Source: Eledone cirrhosa (Eukaryota). From it: DNA of 64,000 nt. A program made the position numbers and the translations under genes. The notes under the pieces are model-generated. The model was not told where the DNA came from. It worked only from the letters and a program-made list of their open reading frames with translations, and did not search any database. The stretch spans positions 399,094,001-399,158,000 of the forward strand of contig OZ024741.1 of the NCBI GenBank assembly GCA_964016885.1, read 5' to 3'. Positions 15,301 through 30,600 of this stretch are shown here, piece by piece (the first letter of the stretch is position 1; each line of letters opens with the position of its first letter).

Positions 15301-18300
15301 GGCAATAATAGTAAAACCCTTGACCTAAGAACCATAAAAACTAGACAACATGAGGCTATAATAGTAAAACCCTTGACCTAAGAAGCATAAAAACTGGACA
15401 ACATGAGGCTATAATAGTAACACCCTTGACCTAAGAACCATAAAAACTGGACAACATGAGGCTATAATAGTAAAACCCTTGACCTAAGAACCATAAAAAC
15501 TAGACAACATGAGGCTATAATAGTAAAACCCTTGACCTAAGAACCATAAAAACTGGACAAGATGGGGCTATAATAGTAAAACCCTTGACCCAAGAACCAT
15601 AAAAACTGGATAACATGAGGCTATAATAGTAAAACCCTTGACCCAAGAACCATAAAAACTGGAAAACATGAGGCTATAATAGTAAAACCCTTGACCTAAG
15701 CACCATAAAAACTGTACAAGATGGGGCTATAATAGTAAAACCCTTGACCTAAGAACCATAAAAACTGGACAACATGAGGCTATAATAGTAAAACCCTTGA
15801 TCTAAGAACCATAAAAACTGCACAACATGAGGCAATAATAGTAAAACCCTTGACCTAAGAACCATAACAACTGGACAACATGAGGCTATAATAGTAAAAC
15901 CCTTGACCTAAGAACCATAAAAACTGGACAACATGAGTCTATAATAGTAACACCCTTGACCTAAGAACCATAAAAACTGGACAACATGAGGCTATAATAG
16001 TAAAACCCTTGAAGTAAGAACCATAAAAACTGGACAACATGACGCTATAATAGTAAAACCCTTGATCTAAGAACCATACAAACTGGACAACATGAGGCTA
16101 TAATAGTAAAACCCTTGACCTAAGAACCATAAAAACTGGACAACATGAGGCTATAATAGTAAAAGCCCTGACCCAAGAACAATAAAGACTTGACAACATG
16201 AGGCTATAATAGTAAAATCCTTGACCTAAGAATCATAAAAACTGGACAACATGAGGCTATAATAGTAAAACCATTGACCTAAGAACCATAAAAACTGGAC
16301 AACATGAGGCTATAATAGTAAAACCCTTGACCTAAGATCCATAAAAACTGGACAACATGAGGCTATAATAGTAAAACCCTTGACCTAAGAATCATAAAAA
16401 CTGGACAACATGAGGCTATAGTAGTAAAACCCTTAACCTAAGAACCATAAAATCTGGACAACATGAGGCTATAATAGTAAAACCCTTGACCTAAGAACCA
16501 TAAAAACTGGACAACATGAGGCTATAATAGTAAAACCCTTGACCTAAGAACCATAAAAACTGGAAAACATGAGGCTATAATAGTAAAACCCTTGACCTAA
16601 GAACCATAAAAACTGGACAACATGTGGCTATAATAGTAAAACCCTTGACCTAAGAACCATAAATACTGTACAAGATGGGGCTATAATAGTAAAATCCTTG
16701 ACCCAAGAACCATAAAAACTGGACAACATGAGGCTATAATAGTAAAACCCTTGACCTAAGAACCATAAAAACTGGACAACATGAGGCTATAATAGTAAAA
16801 CACTTGACCTAAGAACCATAAAAACTGCACAACATGAGGCAATAATAGTAAAACCCTTGACCTAAGAACCATAAAAACTAGACAACATGAGGCTATAATA
16901 GTAAAACCCTTGACCTAAGAAGCATAAAAACTGGACAACATGAGGCTATAATAGTAACACCCTTGACCTAAGAACCATAAAAACTGGACAACATGAGGCT
17001 ATAATAGTAAAACCTTTGAAGTAAGAACCATAAAATCTGGACAACATGAGGCTATAATAGGAAAACCCTTGACCTAAGAACCATACAAACTGGACAACAT
17101 GAGGCTATAATAGTAAAACCCTTGACCTAAGAACCATAAAAACTGGACAACATGAGGCTATAATAGTAAAACACTTGACCTAAGAACCATAAAAACTGGA
17201 CAACATGAGGCTATAATAGTAAAAGCCCTGACCCAAAAACAATAAAAACTGGACAACATGAGGCTATAATAGTAAAATCCTTGACCTAAGAATCATAAAA
17301 ACTGGACAACATGAGGCTATAATAGTAAAACCATTGACCTAAGAACCATAAAAACTGGACAACATGAGGCTATAATAGTAAAACCCTTGACCCAAGAACC
17401 ATAAAAACTGGAAAACATGAGGCTATAATAGTAAAACCCTTGACCTAAGCACCATAAAAACTGCACAACATGAGGCAATAATAGTAAAACCCTTGACCTA
17501 AGAACCATAACAACTGGACAACATGAGGCTATAATAGTAAAACCCTTGACCTAAGAACCATAAAAACTGGACAACATGAGTCTATAATAGTAACACCCTT
17601 GACCTAAGAACCATAAAAACTGGACAACATGAGGCTATAATAGTAAAACCCTTGAAGTAAGAACCATAAAAACTGGACAACATGACGCTATAATAGTAAA
17701 ACCCTTGATCTAAGAACCATACAAACTGGACAACATGAGGCTATAATAGTAAAACCCTTGACCTAAGAACCATAAAAACTGGACAACATGAGGCTATAAT
17801 AGTAAAAGCCCTGACCCAAGAACAATAAAGACTTGACAACATGAGGCTATAATAGTAAAATCCTTGACCTAAGAATCATAAAAACTGGACAACATGAGGC
17901 TATAATAGTAAAACCATTGACCTAAGAACCATAAAAACTGGACAACATGAGGCTATAATAGTAAAACCCTTGACCTAAGATCCATAAAAACTGGACAACA
18001 TGAGGCTATAATAGTAAAACCCTTGACCTAAGAACCATAAAAACTGGACAACATGAGGCTATAATAGTAAAACCCTTAACCTAAGAACCATAAAATCTGG
18101 ACAACATGAGGCTATAATAGTAAAACCCTTGACCTAAGAACCATAAAAACTGGACAACATGAGGCTATAATAGTAAAACCCTTGACCTAAGAACCATAAA
18201 AACTGGAAAACATGAGGCTATAATAGTAAAACCCTTGACCTAAGAACCATAAAAACTGGACAACATGTGGCTATAATAGTAAAATCCCTTGACCTAAGAA

Positions 18301-21300
18301 CCATAAATACTGTACAAGATGGGGCTATAATAGTAAAATCCTTGACCCAAGAACCATAAAAACTGGACAACATGAGGCTATAATAGTAAAACCCTTGACC
18401 TAAGAACCATAAAAACTGGACAACATGAGGCTATAATAGTAAAACACTTGACCTAAGAACCATAAAAACTGCACAACATGAGGCAATAATAGTAAAACCC
18501 TTGACCTAAGAACCATAAAATCTAGACAACATGAGGCTATAATAGTAAAACCCTTGACCTAAGAAGCATAAAAACTGGACAACATGAGGCTATAATAGTA
18601 ACACCCTTGACCTAAGAACCATAAAAACTGGACAACATGAGGCTATAATAGTAAAACCTTTGAAGTAAGAACCATAAAATCTGGACAACATGAGGCTATA
18701 ATAGGAAAACCCTTGACCTAAGAACCATACAAACTGGACAACATGAGGCTATAATAGTAAAACCCTTGACCTAAGAACCATAAAAACTGGACAACATGAG
18801 GCTATAATAGTAAAACACTTGACCTAAGAACCATAAAAACTGGACAACATGAGGCTATAATAGTAAAAGCCCTGACCCAAAAACAATAAAAACTGGACAA
18901 CATGAGGCTATAATAGTAAAATCCTTGACCTAAGAATCATAAAAACTGGACAACATGAGGCTATAATAGTAAAACCATTGACCTAAGAACCATAAAAACT
19001 GGACAACATGAGGCTATAATAGTAAAACCCTTGACCTAAGAACCATAAAAACTGGACAACATGAGGCTATAATAGTAAAAGCCCTGACCCAAGAACAATA
19101 AAAACTGGACAACATGAGGCTATAATAGTAAAATCCTTGACCTAAGAATCATAAAAACTGGACAACATGAGGCTATAATAGTAAAACCATTGACCTAAGA
19201 ACCATAAAAACTGGACAACATGAGGCTATAATAGTAAAACCCTTGACCTAAGAACCATAAAAACTGGACAACATGAGGCTATAATAGTAAAACCCTCAAC
19301 CTAAGAACCATAAAATCTGGACAACATGAGGCTATAATAGTAAAACCCTTGACCTAAGAACTATAAAAACTGGACAACATGAGGCTATAATAGTAAAACC
19401 CTGGATCTAAGAACCATAAAAACTGGACAACATGAGGCTATAATAGTAAAACCCTTGACCTATCAACCATAAAAACTGGACAAGTTGGGGCTATAATAGT
19501 AAAACCCTTGACCCAAGAACCATAAAAACTGGACAACATGAGGCTATAATAGTAACATCCTTGACCTAAGAATCATAAAAACAGGACAACATGAGGCTAT
19601 AATAGTAAAACCCTTGACCTAAGAACCATAAAAACTGGACAACATGAGGCTATAATAGTAAAACCCTTAACCTAAGAACCATAAAAACTGGACAACATGA
19701 GGCTATAATAGTAAAACCCTTGACCTAAGAACCATAAAAACTGGACAACATGAGGCTATAATAGTAAAACCCTGGACCTAAGAACCATAAAAACTGGACA
19801 ACATGAGGCTATAATAGTTAAAAATCCTTGACCTAAGAACCATAAAAACTGGACAAGTTGGGGCTATAATAGTAAAACCCTTGAACCAAGAACCATAAAA
19901 ACTGGACAACATGAGGCTATAATAGTAAAACCCTTGATGTAAGAACCATAAAAACTGGACAACATGAGGCTATAATAGTAAAACCCTTGACCTAAGAACC
20001 ATACAAACTGGACAACATGAGGCTATAATAGTAAAACCCTTGACCTAAGAACCATAAAAACTGGACAACATGAGGCTATATTAGTAAAACCCCTGACCCA
20101 AGAATTATAAAAACTGGACAACATGAGGCTATAATAGTAAAACCCTTGACCTAAGAACCATAAAAACTGGACAACATGAGGCTATAATAGTAAAACCCTT
20201 GACCTAAGAACCATAAAAACTGGACAACATGAGGCTATAATAGTAAAACCCTTGACCTAACAACCATAAAAACTGGACAAGTTGGGGCTATAATAGTAAA
20301 ACCCTTGACCCAAGAACCATAAAAACTGGACAACATGTGGCTATAATAGTAAAACCCTTGACCTAAGAACCATAAAAACTGGACAACATGAGGCTATATT
20401 AGTAAAACCCTTGACCTAAGAACCAGAAAAACTGGACAACATGAGATTATAATAGTAAAACCCTTGACCTAAGAACCATAAAAACTGGACAACATGAGGC
20501 TATAATAGTAAAATCCTTGACCTAAGAACCATAAAAACTGGACAACATGAGGCTATAATAGTAAAATCCTTGACCTAAGAACCATAAAAACTGGACAACA
20601 TGAGGCTATAATAGTAAAATCCTTGACCTAAGAACTATAAAAACTGGACAACATGAGGCTATAATAGTAAAACCCTTGACCTAAGAAGCATAAAACCTGA
20701 ACAACATGAGGCTATAATAGTAAAACCCTTGACCTAAGAACCTTAAAAACTGGACAACATGAGGCTATAATAGTAAAACCCTTGACCTAAGAACCATAAA
20801 AACTGGACAACATGAGGCTATAACAGTAAAACCCTGGACCTAACAACCATAGAAACTGGACAACATGAGGCTATAATACTAAAACCCTTGACCTAAGAAC
20901 CATAAAAACTGGACATGAGGCTATAATAGTAAAACCCTTGACCCAAGAACCATAAAAACTGGACAAGTTGGGGCTATAATAGTAAAACCCTTGACCCAAG
21001 AACCATAAAAACTGGACAACATGAGGCTATAATAGTAAAACCCTTGACCTAAGAACCATAAAAACTGGACAACATGAGGCTATAATAGTAATACCCTTGA
21101 CCTAAGAACCATAAAAACTGGACAACATGAGGCTATAATAGTAAAACACTTGACCTAAGAACCATAAAAACTGGACAACATGAGGCTATAATAGTAAAAG
21201 CCCTGACCCAAGAACAATAAAAACTGGACAACATGAGGCTATAATAGTAAAATCCTTGACCTAAGAATCATAAAAACTGGACAACATGAGGCTATAATAG

Positions 21301-24300
21301 TAAAACCATTGACCTAAGAACCATAAAAACTGGACAACATGAGGCTATAATAGTAAAACCCTTGACCTAAGAACCATAAAAACTGGACAACATGAGGCTA
21401 TAATAGTAAAACCCTCAACCTAAGAACCATAAAATCTGGACAACATGAGGCTATAATAGTAAAACCCTTGACCTAAGAACTATAAAAACTGGACAACATG
21501 AGGCTATAATAGTAAAACCCTGGATCTAAGAATCATAAAAACTGGACAACATGAGGCTATAATAGTAAAACCCTTGACCTATCAACCATAAAAACTGGAC
21601 AAGTTGGGGCTATAATAGTAAAACCCTTGACCCAAGAACCATAAAAACTGGACAACATGAGGCTATAATAGCAACATCCTTGACCTAAGAATCATAAAAA
21701 CAGGACAACATGAGGCTATAATAGTAAAACCATTGACCTAAGAACCATAAAAACTGGACAACATGAGGCTATAATAGTAAAACCCTTGACCTAAGAACCA
21801 TAAAAACTGGACAAAATGAGGCTATAATAGTAAAAACCTGGACCTAAGAACCATAAAAACTGGACGACATGAGGCTATAATAGTTAAAAATCCTTGACCT
21901 AAGAACCATAAAAACTGGACAAGTTGGGGCTATAATAGTAAAACCCTTGACCCAAGAACCATAAAAACTGGACAACATGAGGCTATAATAGTAAAACCCT
22001 TGACGTAAGAACCATAAAAACTGGACAACATGAGGCTATAATAGTAAAACCCTTGACCTAAGAACCATACAAACTGGACAACATGAGGCTATAATAGTAA
22101 AACCCTTGACCTAAGAACCATAAAAACTGGACAACATGAGGCTATATTAGTAAAACCCCTGACCCAAGAATTATAAAAACTGGACAACATGAGGCTATAA
22201 TAGTAAAACCCTTGACCTAAGAACCATAAAAACTGGACAACATGAGGCTATAATAGTAAAACCCTTGACCTAAGAACCATAAAAACTGGACAACATGAGG
22301 CTATAATAGTAAAACCCTTGACGTAAGAACCATAAAAATTGGACAACATGAGGCTATAATAGTAAAACCCTGGACCTAAGAACCATAAAAACTGGACAAC
22401 ATGAGGCTGTAATAGTAAAACCCTTGACCTAACAACCATAAAAACTGGACAAGTTGGGGCTATAATAGTAAAACCCTTGACCCAAGAACCATAAAAACTG
22501 GACAACATGAGGCTATAATAGTAAAACCCTTGACCTAAGAACCATAAAAACTGGACAACATGAGGCTATATTAGTAAAACCCTTGACCTAAGAACCATAA
22601 AAACTGGACAACATGAGATTATAATAGTAAAACCCTTGACCTAAGAACCATAAAAACTGGACAACATGAGGCTATAATAGTAAAATCCTTGACCTAAGAA
22701 CCATAAAAACTGGACAACATGAGGCTATAATAGTAAAATCCTTGACCTAAGAACCATAAAAACTGGACAACATGAGGCTATAATAGTAAAATCCTTGACC
22801 TAAGAACTATAAAAACTGGACAACATGAGGCTATAATAGTAAAACCCTTGACCTAAGAAGCATAAAACCTGAACAACATGAGGCTATAATAGTAAAACCC
22901 TTGACCTAAGAACCTTAAAAACTGGACAACATGAGGCTATAATAGTAAAACCCTTGACCTAAGAACCATAAAAACTGGACAACATGAGGCTATAACAGTA
23001 AAACCCTGGACCTAACAACCATAGAAACTGGACAACATGAGGCTATAATAGTAAAACCCTTGACCTAAGAACCATAAAAACTGGACAAATTGGGGCTATA
23101 ATAGTAAAACCCTTGACCCAAGAACCATAAAAACTGGACAACATGAGGCTATAATAGTAAAACCCTTGACCTAAGAACCATAAAAACTGGACATGAGGCT
23201 ATAATAGTAAAACCCTTGACCCAAGAACCATAAAAACTGGACAAGTTGGGGCTATAATAGTAAAACCCTTGACCCAAGAACCATAAAAACTGGACAACAT
23301 GAGGCTATAATAGTAAAACCCTTGACGTAAGAACCATAAAAACTGGACAACATGAGGCTATAATAGTAATACCCTTGACCTAAGAACCATACAAACTGGA
23401 CAACATGAGGCTATAATAGTAAAACCCTTGACCTAAGAACCATAAAAACTGGACAACATGAGGCTATAATAGTAAAACCCCTGACCCAAGAATTATAAAA
23501 ACTGGACAACATGAGGCTATAATAGTAAAACCCTTGACCTAAGAACCATAAAAACTGGACAACATGAGGCTATAATAGTAAAACCCTTGACCTAAGAACC
23601 ATAAAAACTGGACAACGTGAGGCTATAATAGTAAAACGCTTGACGTAAGAACCATAAAAATTGGACAACATGAGGCTGTAATAGTAAAACCCTGGACCTA
23701 AGAACCATAAAAACTGGACAACATGAGGCTATAATAGTAAAACCCTTGACCTAACAACCATAGAAACTGGACAAGTTGGGGCTATAATAGTAAAACCCTT
23801 GACCCAAGAACCATAAAAACTTGACAACATGAGGCTATAATAGTAAAACCCTTGACCTAAGAACCATAAAAACTGGACAACATGAGGCTATAATAGTAAA
23901 ACCCTTGACCTAAGAACCATAAAAACTGGACAACATGAGATTATAATAGTAAAACCCTTGACCTAAGAACCATAAAAACTGGACATGAGGCTATAATAGT
24001 AAAATCCTTGACCTAAGAACCATAAAAACTGGACAACATGAGGCTATAATAGTAAAATCCTTGACCTAAGAACCATAAAAACTGGACAACATGAGGCTAT
24101 AATAGTAAAATCCTTGACCTAAGAACTATAAAAACTGGACAACATGAGGCTATAATAGTAAAAGCCTTGACCTAAGAACCATAAAAACTGGACAACATGA
24201 GGCTATAACAGTAAAACCCTGGACCTAACAACCATAGAAACTGGACAACATGAGGCTATAATAGTAAAACCATTGACCTAAGAACCATAAAAACTGGACA

Positions 24301-26750
24301 AATTGGGGCTATAATAGTAAAACCCTTGACCCAAGAACCATAAAAACTGGACAACATGAGGCTATAATAGTAAAACCCTTAACCTAAGAACCATAAAAAC
24401 TGGACAACATGAGGCTATAATAGTAAAACCATTGACCTAAGAACCATAAAACCTGAACAACATGAGGCTATAATAGTAAAACCCTTGACCTAAGAACCAT
24501 AAAAACTGGACAACATGAGGCTATAATAGTAAAACCCTTGACCTAAGAAACATAAAAACTGGACAACATGAGGCTATAATAGTAAAAGCCTTGACCTAAG
24601 AACCATAAAAACTGGACAACATGAGGCTATAATAGTAAAACCCTTGACCTAAGAGCCATAAAAACTGGACAACATGAGGCTATAATAGTAAAGCCCTTGA
24701 CCTAAGAACCATACAAACTGGAGAACATAAGGCTGTAATAGTAAAACCCTTGACCTAAGAACCATAAAAACTGGACAACATGAGGCTATAATAGTAAAAG
24801 CCTTGACCTAAGAACCATAAAAACTGGACAACATGAGGATATAATAGTAAAACCCTTGACCTAAGAACCATAAAAACTGGACAACATGAGGCTATAATAG
24901 TAAAACCCTTGATGTAAGAACAATAAAAACTGGACAACATGAGGATATAATAGTAAAACCCTTGATATAAGAACCATAAAAACTGGACAACTTGAGTCTA
25001 TAATAGTAAAACCCTTGATGTAAGAACCATAAAAACTGGACAACATGAGGCTATAATAGTAAAACCCTTGATCTAAGAACCATAAAAACTAGACAACATG
25101 AGGCTATAATAGTAAAACCCTTGACCTAAGAACCATAAAAACTGGACAAGATGGGGCTATAATAGTAAAACCCTTGACCCAAGAACCATAAAAACTGGAT
25201 AACATGAGGCTATAATAGTAAAACCCTTGACCCAAGAACCATAAAAACTGGAAAACATGAGGCTATAATAGTAAAACCCTTGACCTAAGAACCATAAAAA
25301 CTGGACAACATGTGGCTATAATAGTAAAACCCTTGACCTAAGAACCATAAAAACTGTACAAGATGGGGCTATAATAGTAAAACCCTTGACCCAAGAACCA
25401 TAAAAACTGGACAACATGAGGCTATAATAGTAAAACCCTTGACCTAAGAACCATAAAAACTGGACAACATGAGGCTATAATAGTAAAATCCTTGACCTAA
25501 GAACCATAAAAACTGCACAACGTGAGGCAATAATAGTAAAACCCTTGACCTAAGAACCATAAAAACTGGACACCATGACGCTATAATAGTAAAACCCTTG
25601 ACCTAAGAACCATAAAAACTGGACAACATGAGGCTATAAAAGTAACACCCTTGACCTAAGAACCATAAAAACTGGACAACATGAGGCTATAATAGTAAAA
25701 CCCTTGACGTAAGAACCATAAATCTGGACAACATGAGGCTATATTAGTAAAACCCTTGACCTAAGAACCATACAAACTGGACCACATGAGGCTATAATAG
25801 TAAAACCCTTGACCTAAGAAGCATAAAGACTGGACAACATGAGGCTATAATAGTAAAACACTTGACCTAAGAACAATAAAAACTGGACAACATGAGGCTG
25901 TAATAGTAAAAGCCCTGACCCAAGAACTATAAAAACTGGACAACATGAGGCTATAGTAAAATCCTTGAACTAAGAATCATAAAAACTGGACAACATGAGG
26001 CTATAATAGTAAAACCATTGACCTAAGAACCATAAAAACTGGACAACATGAGGCTATAATAGTAAAACCCTTGACCTAAGATCCATAAAAACTGGACAAC
26101 ATGAGGCTATAATAGTAAAACCCTTGACCTAAGAACCATAAAAACTGGACAACATGAGGCTATAATAGTAAAACCCTTAACCTAAGAACCATAAAATCTG
26201 GACAACATGAGGCTATAATAGTAAAACCCTTGACCTAAGAACCATAAAAACTGGACAACATGAGGCTATAATATTAAAACCCTGAACCTAAGAACCATAA
26301 AAACTGGACAACATGAGGCTATAATAGTAAAACCCTTGACCTAACAACCATAAAAACTGGACAAGTTGGGGCTATAATAGTAAAACCCTTGACCCAAGAA
26401 CCATAAAAACTGGACAACATGAGGCTATAATAGTAAAACCCTTGACCTAAGAACCATAAAAACTGGACAACATGAGGCTATAATAGTAAAACCCTTGACC
26501 TAAGAACCATAAAAACTGCACAAGATGAGGCAATAATAGTAAAACCCTTGACCTAAGAACCATAAAATCTGGACAACATGAGGCTATAATAGTAAAACCC
26601 TTGACCTAAGAACCATATAAACTGGACAACATGAGGCTATAATAGTAAAACCCTTGACCTAAGAACCATAAAAGCTGGACAACATGAGGCTATAATAGTA
26701 AAACCCTTGACCTAAGAACCATAAAAACTAGACAACATGAGGCTATAATA
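3335..26750. repeat. ~11.7-kb tandem duplication (~220 monomers x2) inside the satellite
   Basis: Rare variants recur at fixed offsets: AAGCACC 3943/15700 and 5692/17449 (11,757); ORFs 10596/22248 and 13103/24755 and AAAGCTGG 15022/26674 (11,652). Junction near 15,090. Confidence 0.93.
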
Positions 26751-29700
26751 GTAAAACCCTTGACCTAAGAACCATAAAAACTGGACAACATGAGGCTATA
26801 ATAGTAAAACCCTTGACCTAAGAACCATAAAAACTGGACAACATGAGGCTATAATAATAAAACCCTTGACCTAAGAACCATAAAAGCTGGACAAGATGGA
26901 GCTATAATAGTAAAACCCTTGACCCAAGAACCATAAAAACTGGACAACATGAGGCTATAATAGTAAAACCCTTCACCTAAAAACCATAAAAACTGGACAA
27001 CATGAGGCTATAATAGTAAAACCCTTGATGTAAGAACCATAAAAACTGGACAACATGAGGCTATAATAGTAAAACCCTTGACCTAAGAACCATAAAAACT
27101 GGACAACATGAGGCTATAATAGTAAAACCCTTGACCTAAGAACCATAAAAACTGGACAACATGAGGCTATAATAGTAAAACCCTTGATGTAAGAACAATA
27201 AAAACTGGACAACATGAGGCTATAATAGTAAAACCCTTGATATAAGAACCATAAAATCTGGACAACTTGAGTCTATAATAGTAAAACCCTTGATGTAAGA
27301 ACCATAAAAACTGGACAACATGAGGCTATAATAGTAAAGCCCTTGACCTAAGAACCATAAAAACTAGACAACATGAGGCTATAATAGTAAAACCCTTGAC
27401 CTAAGAACCATAAAAACTGGACAAGATGGGGCTATAATAGTAAAACCCTTGACCCAAGAACCATAAAAACTGGATAACATGAGGCTATAATAGTAAAACC
27501 CTTGACCTAAGAACCATAAAAACTGGACAAGATGGGGCTATAATAGTAAAACCCTTGACCCAAGAACCATCAAAACTGGACAACATGAGGCTATAATAGT
27601 AAAAGACTTGACCTAAGAACCATAAAAACTGGACAACATGAGGCTATAATAGTAAAACCCTTGACCTAAGAGCCATAAAAACTGGACAACATGAGGCTAT
27701 AATAGTAAAGCCCTTGACCTAAGAACCATACAAACTGGAGAACATAAGGCTGTAATAGTAAAACCCTTGACCTAAGAACCATAAAAACTGGACAACATGA
27801 GGCTATAATAGTAAAAGCCTTGACCTAAGAACCATAAAAACTGGACAACATGAGGATATAATAGTAAAACCCTTGACCTAAGAACCATAAAAACTGGACA
27901 ACATGAGGCTATAATAGTAAAACCCTTGATGTAAGAACAATAAAAACTGGACAACATGATGATATAATAGTAAAACCCTTGATATAAGAACCATAAAAAC
28001 TGGACAACTTGAGTCTATAATAGTAAAACCCTTGATGTAAGAACCATAAAAACTGGACAACATGAGGCTATAATAGTAAAACCCTTGATCTAAGAACCAT
28101 AAAAACTAGACAACATGAGGCTATAATAGTAAAACCCTTGACCTAAGAACCATAAAAACTGGACAAGATGGGGCTATAATAGTAAAACCCTTGACCCAAG
28201 AACCATAAAAACTGGATAACATGAGGCTATAATAGTAAAACCCTTGACCCAAGAACCATAAAAACTGGAAAACATGAGGCTATAATAGTAAAACCCTTGA
28301 CCTAAGAACCATAAAAACTGGACAACATGTGGCTATAATAGTAAAACCCTTGACCTAAGAACCATAAAAACTGTACAAGATGGGGCTATAATAGTAAAAC
28401 CCTTGACCCAAGAACCATAAAAACTGGACAACATGAGGCTATAATAGTAAAACCCTTGACCTAAGAACCATAAAAACTGGACAACATGAGGCTATAATAG
28501 TAAAATCCTTGACCTAAGAACCATAAAAACTGCACAACGTGAGGCAATAATAGTAAAACCCTTGACCTAAGAACCATAAAAACTGGACACCATGACGCTA
28601 TAATAGTAAAACCCTTGACCTAAGAACCATAAAAACTGGACAACATGAGGCTATAATAGTAACACCCTTGACCTAAGAACCATAAAAACTGGACAACATG
28701 AGGCTATAATAGTAAAACCCTTGACGTAAGAACCATAAATCTGGACAACATGAGGCTATATTAGTAAAACCCTTGACCTAAGAACCATACAAACTGGACC
28801 ACATGAGGCTATAATAGTAAAACCCTTGACCTAAGAAGCATAAAGACTGGACAACATGAGGCTATAATAGTAAAACACTTGACCTAAGAACAATAAAAAC
28901 TGGACAACATGAGGCTGTAATAGTAAAAGCCCTGACCCAAGAACTATAAAAACTGGACAACATGAGGCTATAGTAAAATCCTTGAACTAAGAATCATAAA
29001 AACTGGACAACATGAGGCTATAATAGTAAAACCATTGACCTAAGAACCATAAAAACTGGACAACATGAGGCTATAATAGTAAAACCCTTGACCTAAGATC
29101 CATAAAAACTGGACAACATGAGGCTATAATAGTAAAACCCTTCACCTAAGAACCATAAAAACTGGACAACATGAGGCTATAATAGTAAAACCCTTAACCT
29201 AAGAACCATAAAATCTGGACAACATGAGGCTATAATAGTAAAACCCTTGACCTAAGAACCATAAAAACTGGACAACATGAGGCTATAATATTAAAACCCT
29301 GAACCTAAGAACCATAAAAACTGGACAACATGAGGCTATAATAGTAAAACCCTTGACCTAACAACCATAAAAACTGGACAAGTTGGGGCTATAATAGTAA
29401 AACCCTTGACCCAAGAACCATAAAAACTGGACAACATGAGGCTATAATAGTAAAACCCTTGACCTAAGAACCATAAAAACTGGACAACATGAGGCTATAA
29501 TAGTAAAACCCTTGACCTAAGAACCATAAAAACTGCACAAGATGAGGCAATAATAGTAAAACCCTTGACCTAAGAACCATAAAATCTGGACAACATGAGG
29601 CTATAATAGTAAAACCCTTGACCTAAGAACCATATAAACTGGACAACATGAGGCTATAATAGTAAAACCCTTGACCTAAGAACCATAAAAGCTGGACAAC

Positions 29701-30600
29701 ATGAGGCTATAATAGTAAAACCCTTGACCTAAGAACCATAAAAACTAGACAACATGAGGCTATAATAGTAAAACCCTTGACCTAAGAACCATAAAAACTG
29801 GACAACATGAGGCTATAATAGTAAAACCCTTGACCTAAGAACCATAAAAACTGGACAACATGAGGCTATAATAATAAAACCCTTGACCTAAGAACCATAA
29901 AAGCTGGACAAGATGGAGCTATAATAGTAAAACCCTTGACCCAAGAACCATAAAAACTGGACAACATGAGGCTATAATAGTAAAACCCTTCACCTAAAAA
30001 CCATAAAAACTGGACAACATGAGGCTATAATAGTAAAACCCTTGATGTAAGAACCATAAAAACTGGACAACATGAGGCTATAATAGTAAAACCCTTGACC
30101 TAAGAACCATAAAAACTGGACAACATGAGGCTATAATAGTAAAACCCTTGACCTAAGAACCATAAAAACTGGACAACATGAGGCTATAATAGTAAAACCC
30201 TTGATGTAAGAACAATAAAAACTGGACAACATGAGGCTATAATAGTAAAACCCTTGATATAAGAACCATAAAATCTGGACAACTTGAGTCTATAATAGTA
30301 AAACCCTTGATGTAAGAACCATAAAAACTGGACAACATGAGGCTATAATAGTAAAGCCCTTGACCTAAGAACCATAAAAACTAGACAACATGAGGCTATA
30401 ATAGTAAAACCCTTGACCTAAGAACCATAAAAACTGGACAAGATGGGGCTATAATAGTAAAACCCTTGACCCAAGAACCATAAAAACTGGATAACATGAG
30501 GCTATAATAGTAAAACCCTTGACCTAAGAACCATAAAAACTGGACAAGATGGGGCTATAATAGTAAAACCCTTGACCCAAGAACCATCAAAACTGGAAAA
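24580..30600. repeat. 3,017-bp (57-monomer) tandem duplication inside the satellite
   Basis: AAGAGCC at 24654/27671, CCATCAAAA at 27571/30588 and ORFs 24755/27772 are all offset by 3,017. Confidence 0.93.
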
